Assembly: GCA_020536535.1 (NCBI GenBank)
Contig: JAHLWZ010000579.1
Location: 78,832-142,831 of the forward strand
From: Pelomyxa schiedti
Taxonomy: Eukaryota; Protista; Evosea
DNA length: 64,000 bases
Direction: 5' to 3'
Each line of letters begins with the position of its first letter. Position 1 is the stretch's first letter. A program made the position numbers and the translations under genes. Positions 23,911 to 36,548 of this stretch are shown one piece after another. The notes below the pieces were generated by a model that made no database searches, was not told the origin of the DNA, and was given only the letters and a program-made list of their open reading frames with translations.

Positions 23911-25614
23911 TTAGTGTTTGCCAAAGCCAGAATCGACACAGGCCTGGTAGTCATCATAAATGGCTGTAGTCTTGGAACACAGTGATTCCACCCAGCACTC
24001 TGTTCCGCATTCGCATGGCGTGGCATCTGGGTTCCCTTGGTTGAATATCAACCACATTCTCTGGAATTCTCCGCAGTCACTCTGCACCAGGGAAAGAACG
24101 TCGGCCCAGGATGACGGTGAAAGGTCCTTCATCCCGTAGTATTCAAGCGGAGAGTAGAGCTTGTGCCATATGACCTCGCCGGCGTCCTCGGATTCATAAG
24201 GGTCGTAATAGAATTGATCCCAATCGAGGATTTCTTTGCTGGTGTCATCATACTTGTATCTACGCACTGAAGGGAACACGTCCGTGAGAGTAGTCAAAGA
24301 CGGAGATATGTAAGCCACTTCTTGATCTGTGTCGGTCCTATGTGGGATTCAATTTTATTATCCTGTAACCTCATAGGGTATTGTGGCGTACGTGTATACT
24401 AGTCGAAGGTCATCTCTGTGAGCATGCCCAGCAAGCCGAGCAACAATAACGTCTGAATATGTGTGGTAGAGGTTCAACATTCTCACTTCCCAACTTGGAA
24501 TGGTATCAGGTAACTTGGAGTCCCACACTATTCCTGGATGATGGTGACCAAAGAGAATGACCTTTGGGTGAGGTGAGCGCCAGAATAAACTTATGAAGAG
24601 GGAATTAAGGCACCTTCTCTCCGTCAACTCTGGCTTGAGTAAGAGTATCATCTAACCACTGCCACTGGCCAGCAGGATCCCAATTTTCATCTGTTCTGTT
24701 TGCGTACCTACGACTGTCAGGGGAAGAAAATAATAAAACAAGCACATACTCATCCCACCAATCAAACCAGTTTGTGTTCATTGTAACCTAGACGCAATAT
24801 AACTTAGTTTAGAAATGTATGTAATTCGGTGGAAGTGCATACCAAACGAAGGCCTGGTTCCACAAGAACTGTATAGTAAGCTCCTTTCCTAACTGTCACC
24901 AAGGCATCATCAGGAAGCCAGTACCGCCACCTGTTTTTGGGTTGATTAGAAAATTAGCTCGAGAACAATGTTACGGACAAGGCTGTAATGTTGGAGAGCA
25001 TCCAATCGCAATCAGGGGGAGGTGCCCACATTGTCAGTGGGTGGTAATCATGGTTTCCAACACAAGGGAAAACCCTGTTTTTTTGTTTTTTGGTTTTTAA
25101 AATTACAAAATTTTAATTTTTAAAAACCGCTACAGTAGAGAGTGTGCGCTAGAAAGAGGGGGGGGGAAAAAAAAAAAAACCTCCTATCAGGCATAGCCTG
25201 CTGAAACGTAATAACAGCTTCCTCAATAGTCTCGAGGGTCCTTAGGACCGTCTGCTTCGCAATCTGCGAGCCCGTGGAGTCCATCGTCCACAAGATGAAG
25301 GAGTCGTCGCTGCCGTCGCCGGCGACGAACGACAGGGCCTCCTCCCAGGCGGCCAGCGGCAGGTGGCACTTGAAGGCGCCCCAGCGCCCCGCCGTCACGT
25401 TCTCGTAGCCGTCGCTCGGGATGCTGTGCTGCTGGCAGCACTGCAGCTGCTTGCACACGGCCGCCGACCCGGCGACGTAGTCGGGGTCCAGGTGGGTGTC
25501 CGAGAACTGCCAGAACTGCGCGCCCGCCGCAAGGCGCAATAATGGGAGGAGGACGAAGGAGAGGAGGAGGGCCACCGGCGAAGATGGTGGCGACGAGGGG
25601 TGACGACCCGGCAT
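23911..25614 (-). CDS. Secreted acid sphingomyelinase-like phosphodiesterase (metallophosphoesterase)
   Basis: Signal peptide, FWQFSDTHLDPDY, WTMD (usually WTGD), GNHD, GHHHPG, AGHAHRD, and a Cys-containing C-terminal region. Confidence 0.85.
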
Positions 25615-25835
25615 GGGCGTGGTTGTTGGTGTGAAAAACGCGGTGATCTTTGTTGTTAATTTGTTTGTTTGATATTTGGGGAAAATCGTTCAATCTTGTG
25701 TGATTTTCGGTGAGAAAAAACGCCGAAACTAGAAGAGAAGTTTCGTGGATGAGAGGCACTAATGAGTACAACAACCAGACACTTTGTGCTTACTTGTTTG
25801 GATGATTGAATTTTTTTAAAATTACACTCTATTGC

Positions 25836-28189
25836 TTATCTGCCGCTTTGGTGAAGAACATGACACAGTGTGCAAGTCAGGAACATTACACAGAACACCA
25901 CAATGACAAGTACAACAAGCATGATAACTGCAAGTGCGGAGGGAGTGAGATTGGTGAAAGGTAAATAAATAGGGAGTGCCTTTTTGGCGGAATGAGAGTC
26001 GAGGTTGCATTCTGTGAACTTGCTTGGCCATTTCTACTGTTGCCCCAAGAGTCTCCATGAGCAAGGCATCCTTGTCAACAAACATTAGTTTGGATACTTG
26101 TTGCCCATTCCTGTACTACAAGTTATTTGGTTATTCCTGTTCTTGGAGCAAACCTCAATTTTAAATCAAAAGGAGACTCAACAACGGCATTAGGGAAGAT
26201 TTCCTTGACTTCTTGGGCTATAACACCATGCCTTGTTTGCTTGGTCCCGTCCACTTCTTCCTTTTAGGGTATTAATGTTAGCAAACAAAAGAGAGCCAGA
26301 TACAATTGTATCGGCCAACCTTCATATTGTATTCATAGAGTTTGACTTGCGATAGCTTTTCTAATTGGCCAGATGTATCTAGAAGTTTTACATTCTCTTT
26401 TATTCTCACATCTTTTTTTTTGGTTTAAAAGGGATAAGTGGGTGTTGTGAAACAAAACCTGAAGTCTGGTGCACAGTCCCAGTAAGGGCAATGTTACCCA
26501 TCACCGTGAGGGCTTCGGATGGGTGCTTGGTATTGATGCCAACTTTTCCAACAAAATTTGTGGTTTTGGGGGCACTCAGATCTATCCAGTATTACTCTCA
26601 AATTGTGAGATTTCGTACTCAACCTGTCTCCTCTGCACATAATTTAAGTGGAACGGACTTCACTGTGTCACTTGACTCCTGAAGGGTTTGTCAGCATAAA
26701 TTATTAATTAAAACCAAAGGACCTTCAGTTTCGGAGAGTACTTCCCTGGGTGATTGCCTCTAACAATGAGGGAATCAGAAATCTTAGATAAAAGAGCGAC
26801 GGTGGATGCTTTGGTGTGCACTGTGAGTGTTATGATAAGCTGGAAGTATTCTTGCTGAGGAGAAATTAGGGAAAAAATAGGAGTAGTCATTCCACCTTTT
26901 TGTTATCCGAGTTATGTGAGGTAGCTTTAGCGAAGTATAGCTTGGGCAAGATGCACTTATAAAATTGTTAATGTTAGACATGTAGGCACTTCAAAGTTAC
27001 CCTCTGCCCTTGAACACAAGAGAATACACAAGGCGACTTTTGTTGTCTGTCCCTTGTGACAGTAGAGTAGTGTAGTTCCACCTGCAATTTCCTTACTCAA
27101 TTCAAATCGGCAGTTCGTTTATACCTTCTTGAGTGGGGAAGAGTCGGCAACAACAGCTGTTACACAGTACGATAAAGATTCTATCTGTTCTAATTTGTCA
27201 TTGTTCAAAATGTACCTAGATAGGACTAATGTTTTGAAAACAGTCAGAAAACGAAAACTAACTGTGCTACAGAGTTTCTATCCTCCAAAATAAATGTACA
27301 GCTAAGTTTAAGTTGATTTCGTCTGTAGTGAATGAACGAGTTCATTTCTGAACTGAAGTGGTACCCCTCAGATTCAATTATAATGTCATAGCTCCTAAGT
27401 GAAATGAACTGCGTAAAGGAGTTGATAGAAGTACGTTGGTTTACAAAGTGAGTCATATAATACAAAAGTTGAAGGTGCCAAAAGTGTCCATGATAGAGAA
27501 TTTGGTGAGTTGGGTGTTCTGACTTCTTCAGCTGATCTTTTTTTCCCTGCGAGGGTGGGGGATCTTACAATGCTGGGAGGGGTACAATTTTGAGGCGAGT
27601 CTGTTGGTACTGGAACTGAAATTGATGTAGTGAAGGTAGGGATCTTTTTCGTTTTAATTCCAAATATAGATTGTGTTGCAGTGAGTCCCAACCTGGTTTT
27701 GACCTGTGCCTTCAACTACTATGATTAGTTTTTCCCTCCAAGAGTGGGTCCATACCATAGGTGAGTTCGTCTCCAGGTGAGACAAGTGGTGCATACATAG
27801 GCCAATTTGCAGCCCCAAGCAAGTGATTGGCGAAGGAGTTGCTTGACGTTTGCGGTTCGCAGCACGTGATAGGTGTTTGATGCAACTGAGTTAAAAATTG
27901 CGTTGGGGCCCGCTCGCCCTGTTGTGACAGGCACGCATTAATGGCGTTCTGTTGAGTCTCACCACCAAACGCGAAACCATAGAGCTGAGTTATGGCCTCC
28001 GAGTCGCTAAGATACGTTCCTGTCGTAGACACGGGTGCACCCTCCCTGAAGCAAAGTTGGTTTTTTTTCTTTTATGGTTTTGTGACAATGAAACTGGTAG
28101 GACGTGTGATCCGGGGATTGGTGTCATACGTACGTGTCACCGAGAATTAACGTCTCTCCCACAACGCCGCCGCGGTCAGACGCTGTCAT
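25836..28189 (-). CDS. MYRF: MYRF/MrfA-like membrane-tethered transcription factor: Ndt80/PhoG-type DNA-binding domain, peptidase S74 autocleavage domain, TM helix
   Basis: KISDSLIVRGNHPGKY (DBD end), GKVGINTKHPSEALTVMGNIALTGTVHQTS|DVRIKEN (Ser...Lys dyad), HGVIAQEVKEIFP and VDKDALLMETLGATVE. TM VIMLVVLVIVVFCVMFL follows a GC-AG intron. The start is uncertain and may extend to about 28350. Confidence 0.88.
25928..25979 (-). other. GC-AG intron, 52 nt
   Basis: AAAG|GCACTC...pyrimidine-rich...TTGCAG|TT. Removal yields RLSFRQK-VIMLVVLVIVV, i.e. basic residues followed by a TM helix as expected for MYRF. Confidence 0.7.
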
Positions 28190-28470
28190 TTTTGTCACAG
28201 TGATGTTATGTTGGAGATTTGCTCTTTTTGTGAGAGAAATCCCTTACTCTAACAGCTTTTACTTGCTGTGGAAAGTCGGCGAAATGTTAAGTACATATCC
28301 TCATGGCCTTATCTGGCTTGCCCCACTCTTCATCTCGTGGGCACGCCATAGAGAACAATGCGTGAGAGTGTTAGAGTGATGTGAGGCCCCAGGTGGAACG
28401 AACAAGTTTCAATGGACACTCTCACATTCGTTTGGTTTCTTGGCGGGGGTAACAGATTTTCGAGTTGGTG

Positions 28471-29673
28471 ATGCGTGCTGTTGAGCGGTTGTTGGTAGTT
28501 GTTGGAGTTGTAATTGGGTCGGGTGTCATTGTGGGAGGAGATGTTGTCGGGATGGTGGTTATTCCCCATGGAGGGATAGCCATTGACCCAACGCAGTTCG
28601 ATGGAAACGAGACTCAGATGGAACTGGCTTGGGAGATAAATTCTGCTTGCACCGATGTGGGACAGTCAGTAGTATTCTGAACCTGGAATCCTTAATTTTT
28701 TTTATTTTTTTTGGATTGTTTCTTCTTTGGGGGATACTTAAATCTTTGAGTAGGAACGTGCACTAATACCAAGTATGATTCTAACGGGATGTGGTATTGC
28801 AGGATGATTTTGTCTATGAAACCTGATGTTATTGTGCTGGACACACCTCATGGAGTGGCAAATGACAATAACTTTGCGTTTTACCTCAATTCTCATGGCT
28901 ACGGATCGGCTGCCACCGAGGGTGGATATGCGGAGTACTGCATGTCAGTACCCCTTGATTCGACAACTGCTCAACAGCTCTTGGACTCCCTTTATTCATT
29001 GGTATCCAAAGGGGAACCTTCTAACTGATTTGTTATACATACTGCCAGAAATTGAATGTCTCTGGGATGACTGCTTTTGGGTCTGATTCCAGTTTTCCTT
29101 TACATGCCGGGGAGATTATACCACTTTGGTTTGAGCGCGTTGAGGTGATTGATGCCAGCGCCGGCCTACCGACCACACCTTGTGGCGTTGTTGTTATTTC
29201 ACAACCAACGAGGAGGCTAACAGACCCTGTGGGAATGATACCTGAGCTGCTTACCCTTGGAAATTCATTGTACGATTCTCTCAGGGCATCTCCCTTGCGC
29301 GTAGTAGTGATCATAAGTGGTACTTATACCCACTTCCAACCTAACACCCACATAGTAACCGGAACCCAAAACACAAAAAGGGGACCTTGCCCATACACAT
29401 GACGCAACTGGACCCTATGGATACAGCCCCACTGCAGAGCCATTTGATGAGGCCTGTGGGCAATGGGTTGAAAAGCAAGACCGAGACCAATTGTTGGATG
29501 TTGCTGCAGGACTGGTAGAGGAAGCCCTGTGCTGTGGGTTCACTGGATTCTGTATCCTGCAAGGTATGCTGGACAAGTCACTGTCCCTTGGGGAACAGTG
29601 GGATTCACACCTGTTCGCTAATGGAGCACCTTCATACTATGGAATGATGGTGGGATCCTTTGTCAAGGTCTGA
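28471..29673 (+). CDS. LigB/Memo-like class III extradiol-dioxygenase-fold protein with an N-terminal signal-like peptide
   Basis: MRAVERLLVVVGVVIG..., VVIPHGG, PDVIVLDTPHG, LHAGEIIPL, VVIISGDLAHTH, PFDEAC, ALCCGFTG and YYGMMV. Confidence 0.8.
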
Positions 29674-30050
29674 TGTGTGCCCTCAACCCAATTGCAACCT
29701 TGTCCAGGAACAAAAATTTGAATCAAAGTTAAACAGTCCGGAAAACAAAAATTGAAAGGCCGACAAGCGGAGATGTTTTGTGGTAGTTAACCAGAGAAAA
29801 CCCAATGGACACTGCTCTTATGGGCTGCGAATCATGAGGCATCTTCACCAAACGAACGTTCACGATGGAAAGGGCCAAAATTGCGTATGACTAATTGTTT
29901 GTTGCATTTTTTTACCCCAAATCCATTCCCCTGCATTGCTTGCATTTCTATGCGTTTTTCCGTCAGTGCACTTAACAGAGACACTACGGTCCCTAGTCCG
30001 ATCTCGCACCCTGTTTATCTTTTCTCACTGATACGTAGAGTCAAGCCTGC

Positions 30051-31698
30051 ATGTCGAAACCGGTACACAGCGATAGGAGCGACCGCAACGAATCTGACGA
30101 TGTGTCATTGAGAGATGCCGAAGCGGAAGACAACGTCGCGGACGAGAAAGAAAACAAGGGCACCGAGGAAAGTAACAGCGATGTCGATGTAGATGGAGAT
30201 GAGAATGATGAAAACGGGGACGAAGAAGAGGAGGAGGATGAAGATGAGAGCGAGAAAAAGAGCAAGAATAAAAATAAGAATGGGGGCGAGGGCGAAGAGA
30301 AAGGAATTGATGAAGATTCTTGTAGTAAGAGATACGCTGCCCGACGCAGAAACACTCCCCGTGAACAATGGAAGAGAGAGGAGGAAGAGATGAGGGAGAG
30401 CGTGCTCTTTTCGTATGTGTTGCTGCTTCATTTGGCTCTTTGTCTTCACTAACAGTGATTACTGCAGATACAGGCCGCGGCCACGACCTCAGTGCGAAAC
30501 CCTCTTGTCGGCTCAAGACCAGTTTCTTGCCTTTCTCATGGCGTCACACAAGAGATGCGGAGTTGGGAGCCCTGCCCACGTTATGTGTGCGAACACCACT
30601 TTGCTGAAAGACCTCTGTGACATCTGGGTGAACAACAGAGGCACTCGCTTACAGAAGTTCGCAATTATAGTGTCGCCGCAACAGTCTATTGGCGTTCCAC
30701 TGGGTGCCTTTGCCCATTGGTTCTTTGAATGTCAAATATCTCGTGCCCTGGGTGGAATCACTTTGAAAGAGCAGTTTTGGTTGAAATTGTGCCGAGCAAG
30801 AAAAACAAGGGACTTCATTGATACAACCACACACAAAGATGGGACCACAAGCATCTATTTTGAACCTGAGCCTTATGGTAACTATGGCGCACACTACAGG
30901 CTACTCATGACACACGTTAGAGCCGATTTCATGAATGATGTATTTTACAAATGGACCACAAACTGGAAGTGGTGGGTAAACAACGTCAGCAAGGACAACT
31001 GTGCCACTGTGGCAATTGAGAACCTTTTTGACCTGGAACCAGAGAAGAATCGCAGAGTCGTGACACTCCCAATCAAAGGATCCATCATTGACGTCAGATT
31101 CAACCACGCCAACGTTGACGAGGCTTATGTTATTTTCAACAACCCATCTGACAGTAAAGGAGACACTGGTCCTGAAAGTGGGCTCACAACTACCACATTT
31201 GCTGTCATTGACTTGGCGAAAATACATCAAACGGGAGAGCTTGTATTGTTGAGTGAAACAAGGTGTTCCTTTCCTGGGAAATACAAGGACTCCCTCATTT
31301 TCAGGCAACAAACAGGTGCCGGTACTTACATTGTGCAATCCAGGGAGGAGGAGAAGCAATATGATACTATATTTGTTGTGGACGGAACAACCGGGGAACT
31401 GCAGAACCTCACATGCGGAACAAGTCTCGACGCGGTGACCAATACCGTTTTTCAAGTGGGGATGCAAAGCTTCTTCACGCTCAACCGGAACCAAGTCCCA
31501 GTTGATTTGTGGAATGTTGAGGCAGAAGGAGCCATCACACCCTTGCGCTACGTTGAGCTCATGAATCCTGGGGATGAGGAGGAGGTAGGTGGCTTGGCTG
31601 TCAGCTGCGACAGAACCTACACCATTCAAGTTGCTGTCAAGCAAAAAGGAGCCCCAACCCGTGTACTTGCTCGCTTTCCATTGACTAAGCTCTCCTGA
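30051..31698 (+). CDS. Hypothetical protein: acidic N-terminus, 'HxRCG' motif, predicted beta-rich region
   Basis: Exon 1 is D/E-rich. A long exon 2 ORF contains SAQDQFLAFLMASHKRCGVGSPA. Confidence 0.7.
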
Positions 31699-31921
31699 AG
31701 GTATCCCAGAGCACTCTCCACAATACGTATGTTATATTAACGGGATATCAGGCAAACAAAAAGGGCATCTACGTTTCAGCAAGTCTAGCCTTTATCTGAA
31801 CCCCCCCCCCCCCGCACAGTGAGCGTAAAGGGGAAAAAATAAACCTTTGTTGCTTTTTTCCAGATCCGAATTTTGCTTTTTTAAAGGGAAACAAAAAACC
31901 TATTCAACTCGGAAGCGGTGG

Positions 31922-34257
31922 ATGATGGCGTCGCTAACGAAACACGTACGAAAAGAAGCATAGAATTTAAAATTAAGCACGAGCACAAATGAACCGTTTG
32001 TTTCTCTTTTTCTTTTTAATTTTGTATGGTAGTTGCATAGATCGCACACTCCGGAACAACAACAAGCTATTATTGCTGGGCCTCCTGAAATTAGGCGCGA
32101 GGATATTATTTTCAACCCTGCAACTGACAAACTTGGGGGAGGTGCATATGGCGATGTCTATAAAGGTCTGTACAATATACGGCATATATAAAACCTGATT
32201 CTTTTGTAGCAATTGTTGCTGGCATCCCTGTAGCTGTAAAAGTGCCAAAGAAGCAACTGTGGAGCACCCCAGCGGAGTTGGCTGCCTTTAGAGAGGAAGT
32301 CAGAATGCTCAAGTTGGACCAATTCTTTTTTTTTTTTTTAATCTAATTCACCACAGGAGTATCTTCCATACCAACGTTGTACTTTACATGGGTATGATAA
32401 TCATGGTCCCTCCTGCTTTTCATTGATATCTAGGTGCGTGCACGATGGAGAATAACGTAATGATTGTCCTCGAGAAGATGCTTTGTGATGCGGAAAAAAT
32501 TCTTCACAATCCTGCACATGTGCCTGTAGAATTGCAGAAGTATGTACAAGGCGGGCTTTCTCTTCCAAACAAGCTCAAAATGGCTCATGACACTGTAAGT
32601 TTGATTTTGTTTTCAACGTTCTCACATGTACCAACACTTAGGCTCTTGGTATTGCATGGTTGCACAATATTGCGCATGTTGTTCACAGGTAAATCCCTTC
32701 AACAAGAGTTCTGATTTATGTTCTTTTTCAGAGATCTTAAACCTGCCAATTTACTACTTGATGCTTACTTTAATGTGAAAGTATGTAATATTCTTGTGAG
32801 TTACTTTTCACTTCCTTTTTCTACCTTTAGGTGTCTGATTTCGGTTTCAGTCAGTTCTTCCAACCAGGGAAAAACAGCATTTCCACCAAAGAACCTGTAA
32901 AAGGAACAAGTTGTCTAGCGTTGCTCTTTATCTTAGCATTTAATACCTTTTTTTAGAGCTCTACTTAGCTCCAGAGGTATGGCATTCTACACCTGCTTCT
33001 ACTGCATCCGACGTGTATTCTCTACTCCTTTTAGATAGAACACTCATAAGTATAGGTATGCATTTGGTCTGATGTTATGGGAAATGTATACCGAGGAGGA
33101 GCTGTTCAGTTCCTATTCCGAAGTTGAACCGTTCTACAATGACATTATCGTTAATGGGCTACGCCCCACAATCCCGCCCACTGTGCCTCACCCCCATGCC
33201 ACTAATCCACCACCTCCTGTCCCCACTTTGCCGTCATTGGTAAACTACTATCCAGAGATTCCCTCTTGACCTTACTTAGGTGACTTTAATTACATCCTGT
33301 TGGGATGCTAATCCAGCCAAGGTCATTCCCTTTTTTTCATTTTACATCTAAATTCTACTTTCAGAGGCCCAATATCTCGCAAGTCCTCGAGCAGTTGGAG
33401 ACAGTTATGATAGAAAGTGAAATAACCTCACCACTTGCCCGTGCCTTCTGGAAAAAGCACTTTGGCTCACTTAGTGGGGCTACGACTGGTCTTCAAGTGA
33501 TGGTTCCTTGGGACCGTTTTGCCGCCGTTGTAGCAGCCGAGTCTCATGTACCAGTTTCCAGTTTCAGGGATATGTCCCAGATAGCATGTGGTATGAATGT
33601 GAGAGCTCTTTTTTTTCGTCTTATTCACCATTGCACAGCTACAGAAGATACTGCTGCCGTCACCATGTCGCGATTTGATCTGCTGGAGAAGTGGTTTGGA
33701 CCTTTTTGGCTTCCGGCAAACGTACACCTTCTGCAAGAGGTATGCCCCCAACATTACTACAAAACCCTCCTAATGAACGGCAGATGAATACGCTGGCAAA
33801 TCAATCGTACTCACGTGCCTGTGGCTTTTTCTTCTCTTTCTAACCAGTCTTCAGGTGGTTTGCACCATTCGCTTGCAAGGAGGATTCTGATGCGTGGTTG
33901 ACTTCACGTGCACATGGAACCTTCATTGTACGGCTGAGTACCAATGCACCAACAAGCTACCCTGTCACAATCTCCAGGCGCCAAGGCACTGAAACATTCC
34001 ACAGAAGGTTTGTTCGTTTACAAACCACCTCCTTACTCATCTTCATTCTCAAACAAACAAACAAACAAAATAGAGTGAAGCGAATCAGCTATGACAATGT
34101 TCCACAGAGGTACTCATATGACACAGAGCTATCCCCAACACCACTGGCATATGCCACACTCCCACAATTGGTTGCGGAGCTACAGCGCCTTGGTGAGGTC
34201 ACAATCCATTGCCCTCAGTGTGCTGTTGGTGGGGGTTACCAGCACTCCCGTTCCTAA
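31922..34257 (+). CDS. shk: Shk-type TKL protein kinase with a C-terminal SH2 domain
   Basis: KLGGGAYGDVYKG, VAVK, HRDLKPANLL, SDFG, YLAPE, DVYS. SH2 motif WFAPF...GTFIVRLSTNAP. Confidence 0.9.
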
Positions 34258-34343
34258 GTCCCTCGCCTCAGTCTTGTTTGTGTTTTGTCAAGAGATTTAT
34301 CAATTCTTTCAAATTTATTGTTCGTTGAATTTGCCCAATTTTG

Positions 34344-36256
34344 ATGATCATGGGAGATTACGCCGACTACGTGGACACCTTGTTGGCGCGAGTTGAGGAT
34401 GTTTTTTCGTTGTTGAGTGACAGGAGGTGTTCATCCTTTTCTTTTACATGTGCTTTTTTTTTCGGCTCCGTTTATGTGAGTGGTTGCATTGTACATTAGG
34501 CCAAGTCCCACAATAATGTTTTAGGGAAACACTTGCTGTGATAAAGGAGACCACTGCAGATAACTTCTGGGGTGTGGACATCAGCACATCGTCGGCTTTT
34601 TTTGTCAGTATTTGTGAGGCACTACTTGAAGTGGCGTTCCCACAAATTCAGCAACAACAGCCGATACAGTCGGCATCAGCTGCCAAACCAAAATCAAAGG
34701 GGGGTCGTTCTGCTGCAGTTGCATGTGTGCCATTTTTCACCAGGGCGAGGCAGGCACTCGAATCTGTACAGTACAACGATCTGGCCAATTTGTTGAGGCA
34801 GTGGGAGAATCAGCCAATTCAGCCCACGCCGGACGAGTCCAGAGCCCGGCTGAGCCTGCTAGGTATTATGACGTCACGTCCATCCCGTTTTGGGATTTTC
34901 CACTGGGTTTTCTCACTCGACTCATGGAAATTGGAATTTAGAATTTTTGGTGTCTGAGGCACAGGCAGAGATGCTCCTGCGATCAGAAAAACCAGTCAGT
35001 ACTCAACAGGTTTGTTGTGTCATATCATATCATACCATACCCCCAGCCCCCTTCTCTTTCCCCCCACACCGCACACCTCAGTTTCCGACAATGGAGTGGT
35101 TGTTCAGGATCCCCTGAGTGATTGTAAGAGTAGAATAGCCAATTCAATTCAGCTATCTCACACTGCATCGACTCCATTATTTGAAGTTCTAAGTGCAGCA
35201 AATGCAACGGTAGGAACCTTTTTTTTTGTTTGAAAAAAATAAGAAATAACGAGGATTAGGTCTCCGAAGTACTGAAGAGATATCCCCAGTATCTAGGACC
35301 ATGTTTGATTAACCCAACCTCATATTCACAGATGGAACAGGTATGGTTTGTTGGGAATCCTTCATACCCCAACTGAACAACAGGATAAAATTACTGTTGT
35401 AGCCAAAGCTATGAGTGATGACTACCATCTACGCAGCGAAGGTATCTATCTACTTTCCTTTCAAACTCTTAGATGAAACAGTGCTCCTAAAAAGATGTGA
35501 AGTTACTCTACAAAGTTTTCTGTGGTCTCCAAAGGGAAAGGTTCACTCGACTCTAATCGATTTTATCTCACTTCGGCATAGGAAAATGAAGTTCAAATTA
35601 CCGCTCTTGTTCAGAAATTACACTCTATAAAACATCCTACAAATACTTCATTCGCTGATGTATTGTGTGCCCATGCCTATTTGACCTCCCTTCCCAAAGT
35701 GGGAGCAAATAAGGATCTACACAAAAAGTCCATTCTCAGAAATCTTATCATTGGAGAGGTACTTCTAGTGTATACCTTGTCTCTCTGTTCAACTAGAAGT
35801 TAGGTACCCGACCGAGGTGGTAGACCACAGGAAACTCAACCTGACCTGCGGGATATTTTTCCCTACTCCAGTGGAGGAGCCAGAACTTCTGCCGTGCGAT
35901 CAGGGAGGCCCCTGCACCAACAACAAACACAACCACCCCAGTACATACCACCCCCACAGCAACAACATCAACAGCATCAGGTACCGCCCCCTCAAATGTA
36001 CCAATCTCAACCCCAACCTCAACCACAATCCCACAACCATCAGCCCACCATTATCATCACCAAGACCACACAGGGAGGTGGTGCCCCCACGATCAGCCGA
36101 GTGCAAGGAGGGTGGAAAACTGGAGGAGGGGGTGGGAGTGCAACAAACACAACCACCGCGTACCAACCAAATACCAATCCAGGATGGGGCTATGGTGGCG
36201 GCGGCTCAGCCAACTATGGCAGAGGAAGAGGTAGAGGAAGGGGCAGGGGCTGGTGA
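34344..36256 (+). CDS. FAM98: FAM98 family protein with a Q/P-rich and RG-repeat tail
   Basis: Spliced DYHLRSEVLLKRCEVTLQSFLWSPKGK and LIIGEVPDRGGRP match FAM98 signatures (KRLDVTVQSFGWS; GRVPDRGGRP). It ends GRGRGRGRGRGW*. Confidence 0.82.
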
Positions 36257-36548
36257 TTACTGGTTGAATAAGCGGGAAGAAACAAGTTCTTCTTGCGTCA
36301 TTTTAGGTTCCATTCTCGATATCCATTCTGTTATCCAGAGCACACCACCCAAGGAAGCCAAAAAAAAAAAAGAAGTCTTCTTTGCTCCCATCAGAATTTC
36401 TATTTTTCTATTCATGCCGAGAACCACCAACCAACGCAAATTGCCTGCTCGGCAAGTTGCGCTTCCCGAACCCTGCTCATAACGGTTCAGCCGTCAACCA
36501 CTGACATCTCATAAACAAAACCAAAAAAATCCCCACGCGCAAGCAACC

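Noticed and set aside
26340-26540. Phage tail-fibre chaperone (S74) as evidence of a prophage or viral insert
   Set aside because: It is intron-interrupted and embedded between an Ndt80-type DBD and a TM helix, which is the known MYRF architecture. No other viral genes are nearby.
28330-28569. Minus-strand ORF (MGNNHHPD...) as the first exon of the MYRF-like gene
   Set aside because: It is the antisense shadow of the first exon of the LigB-like gene (signal peptide plus VVIPHG on the + strand). MYRF has a consistent start exon at 28189.
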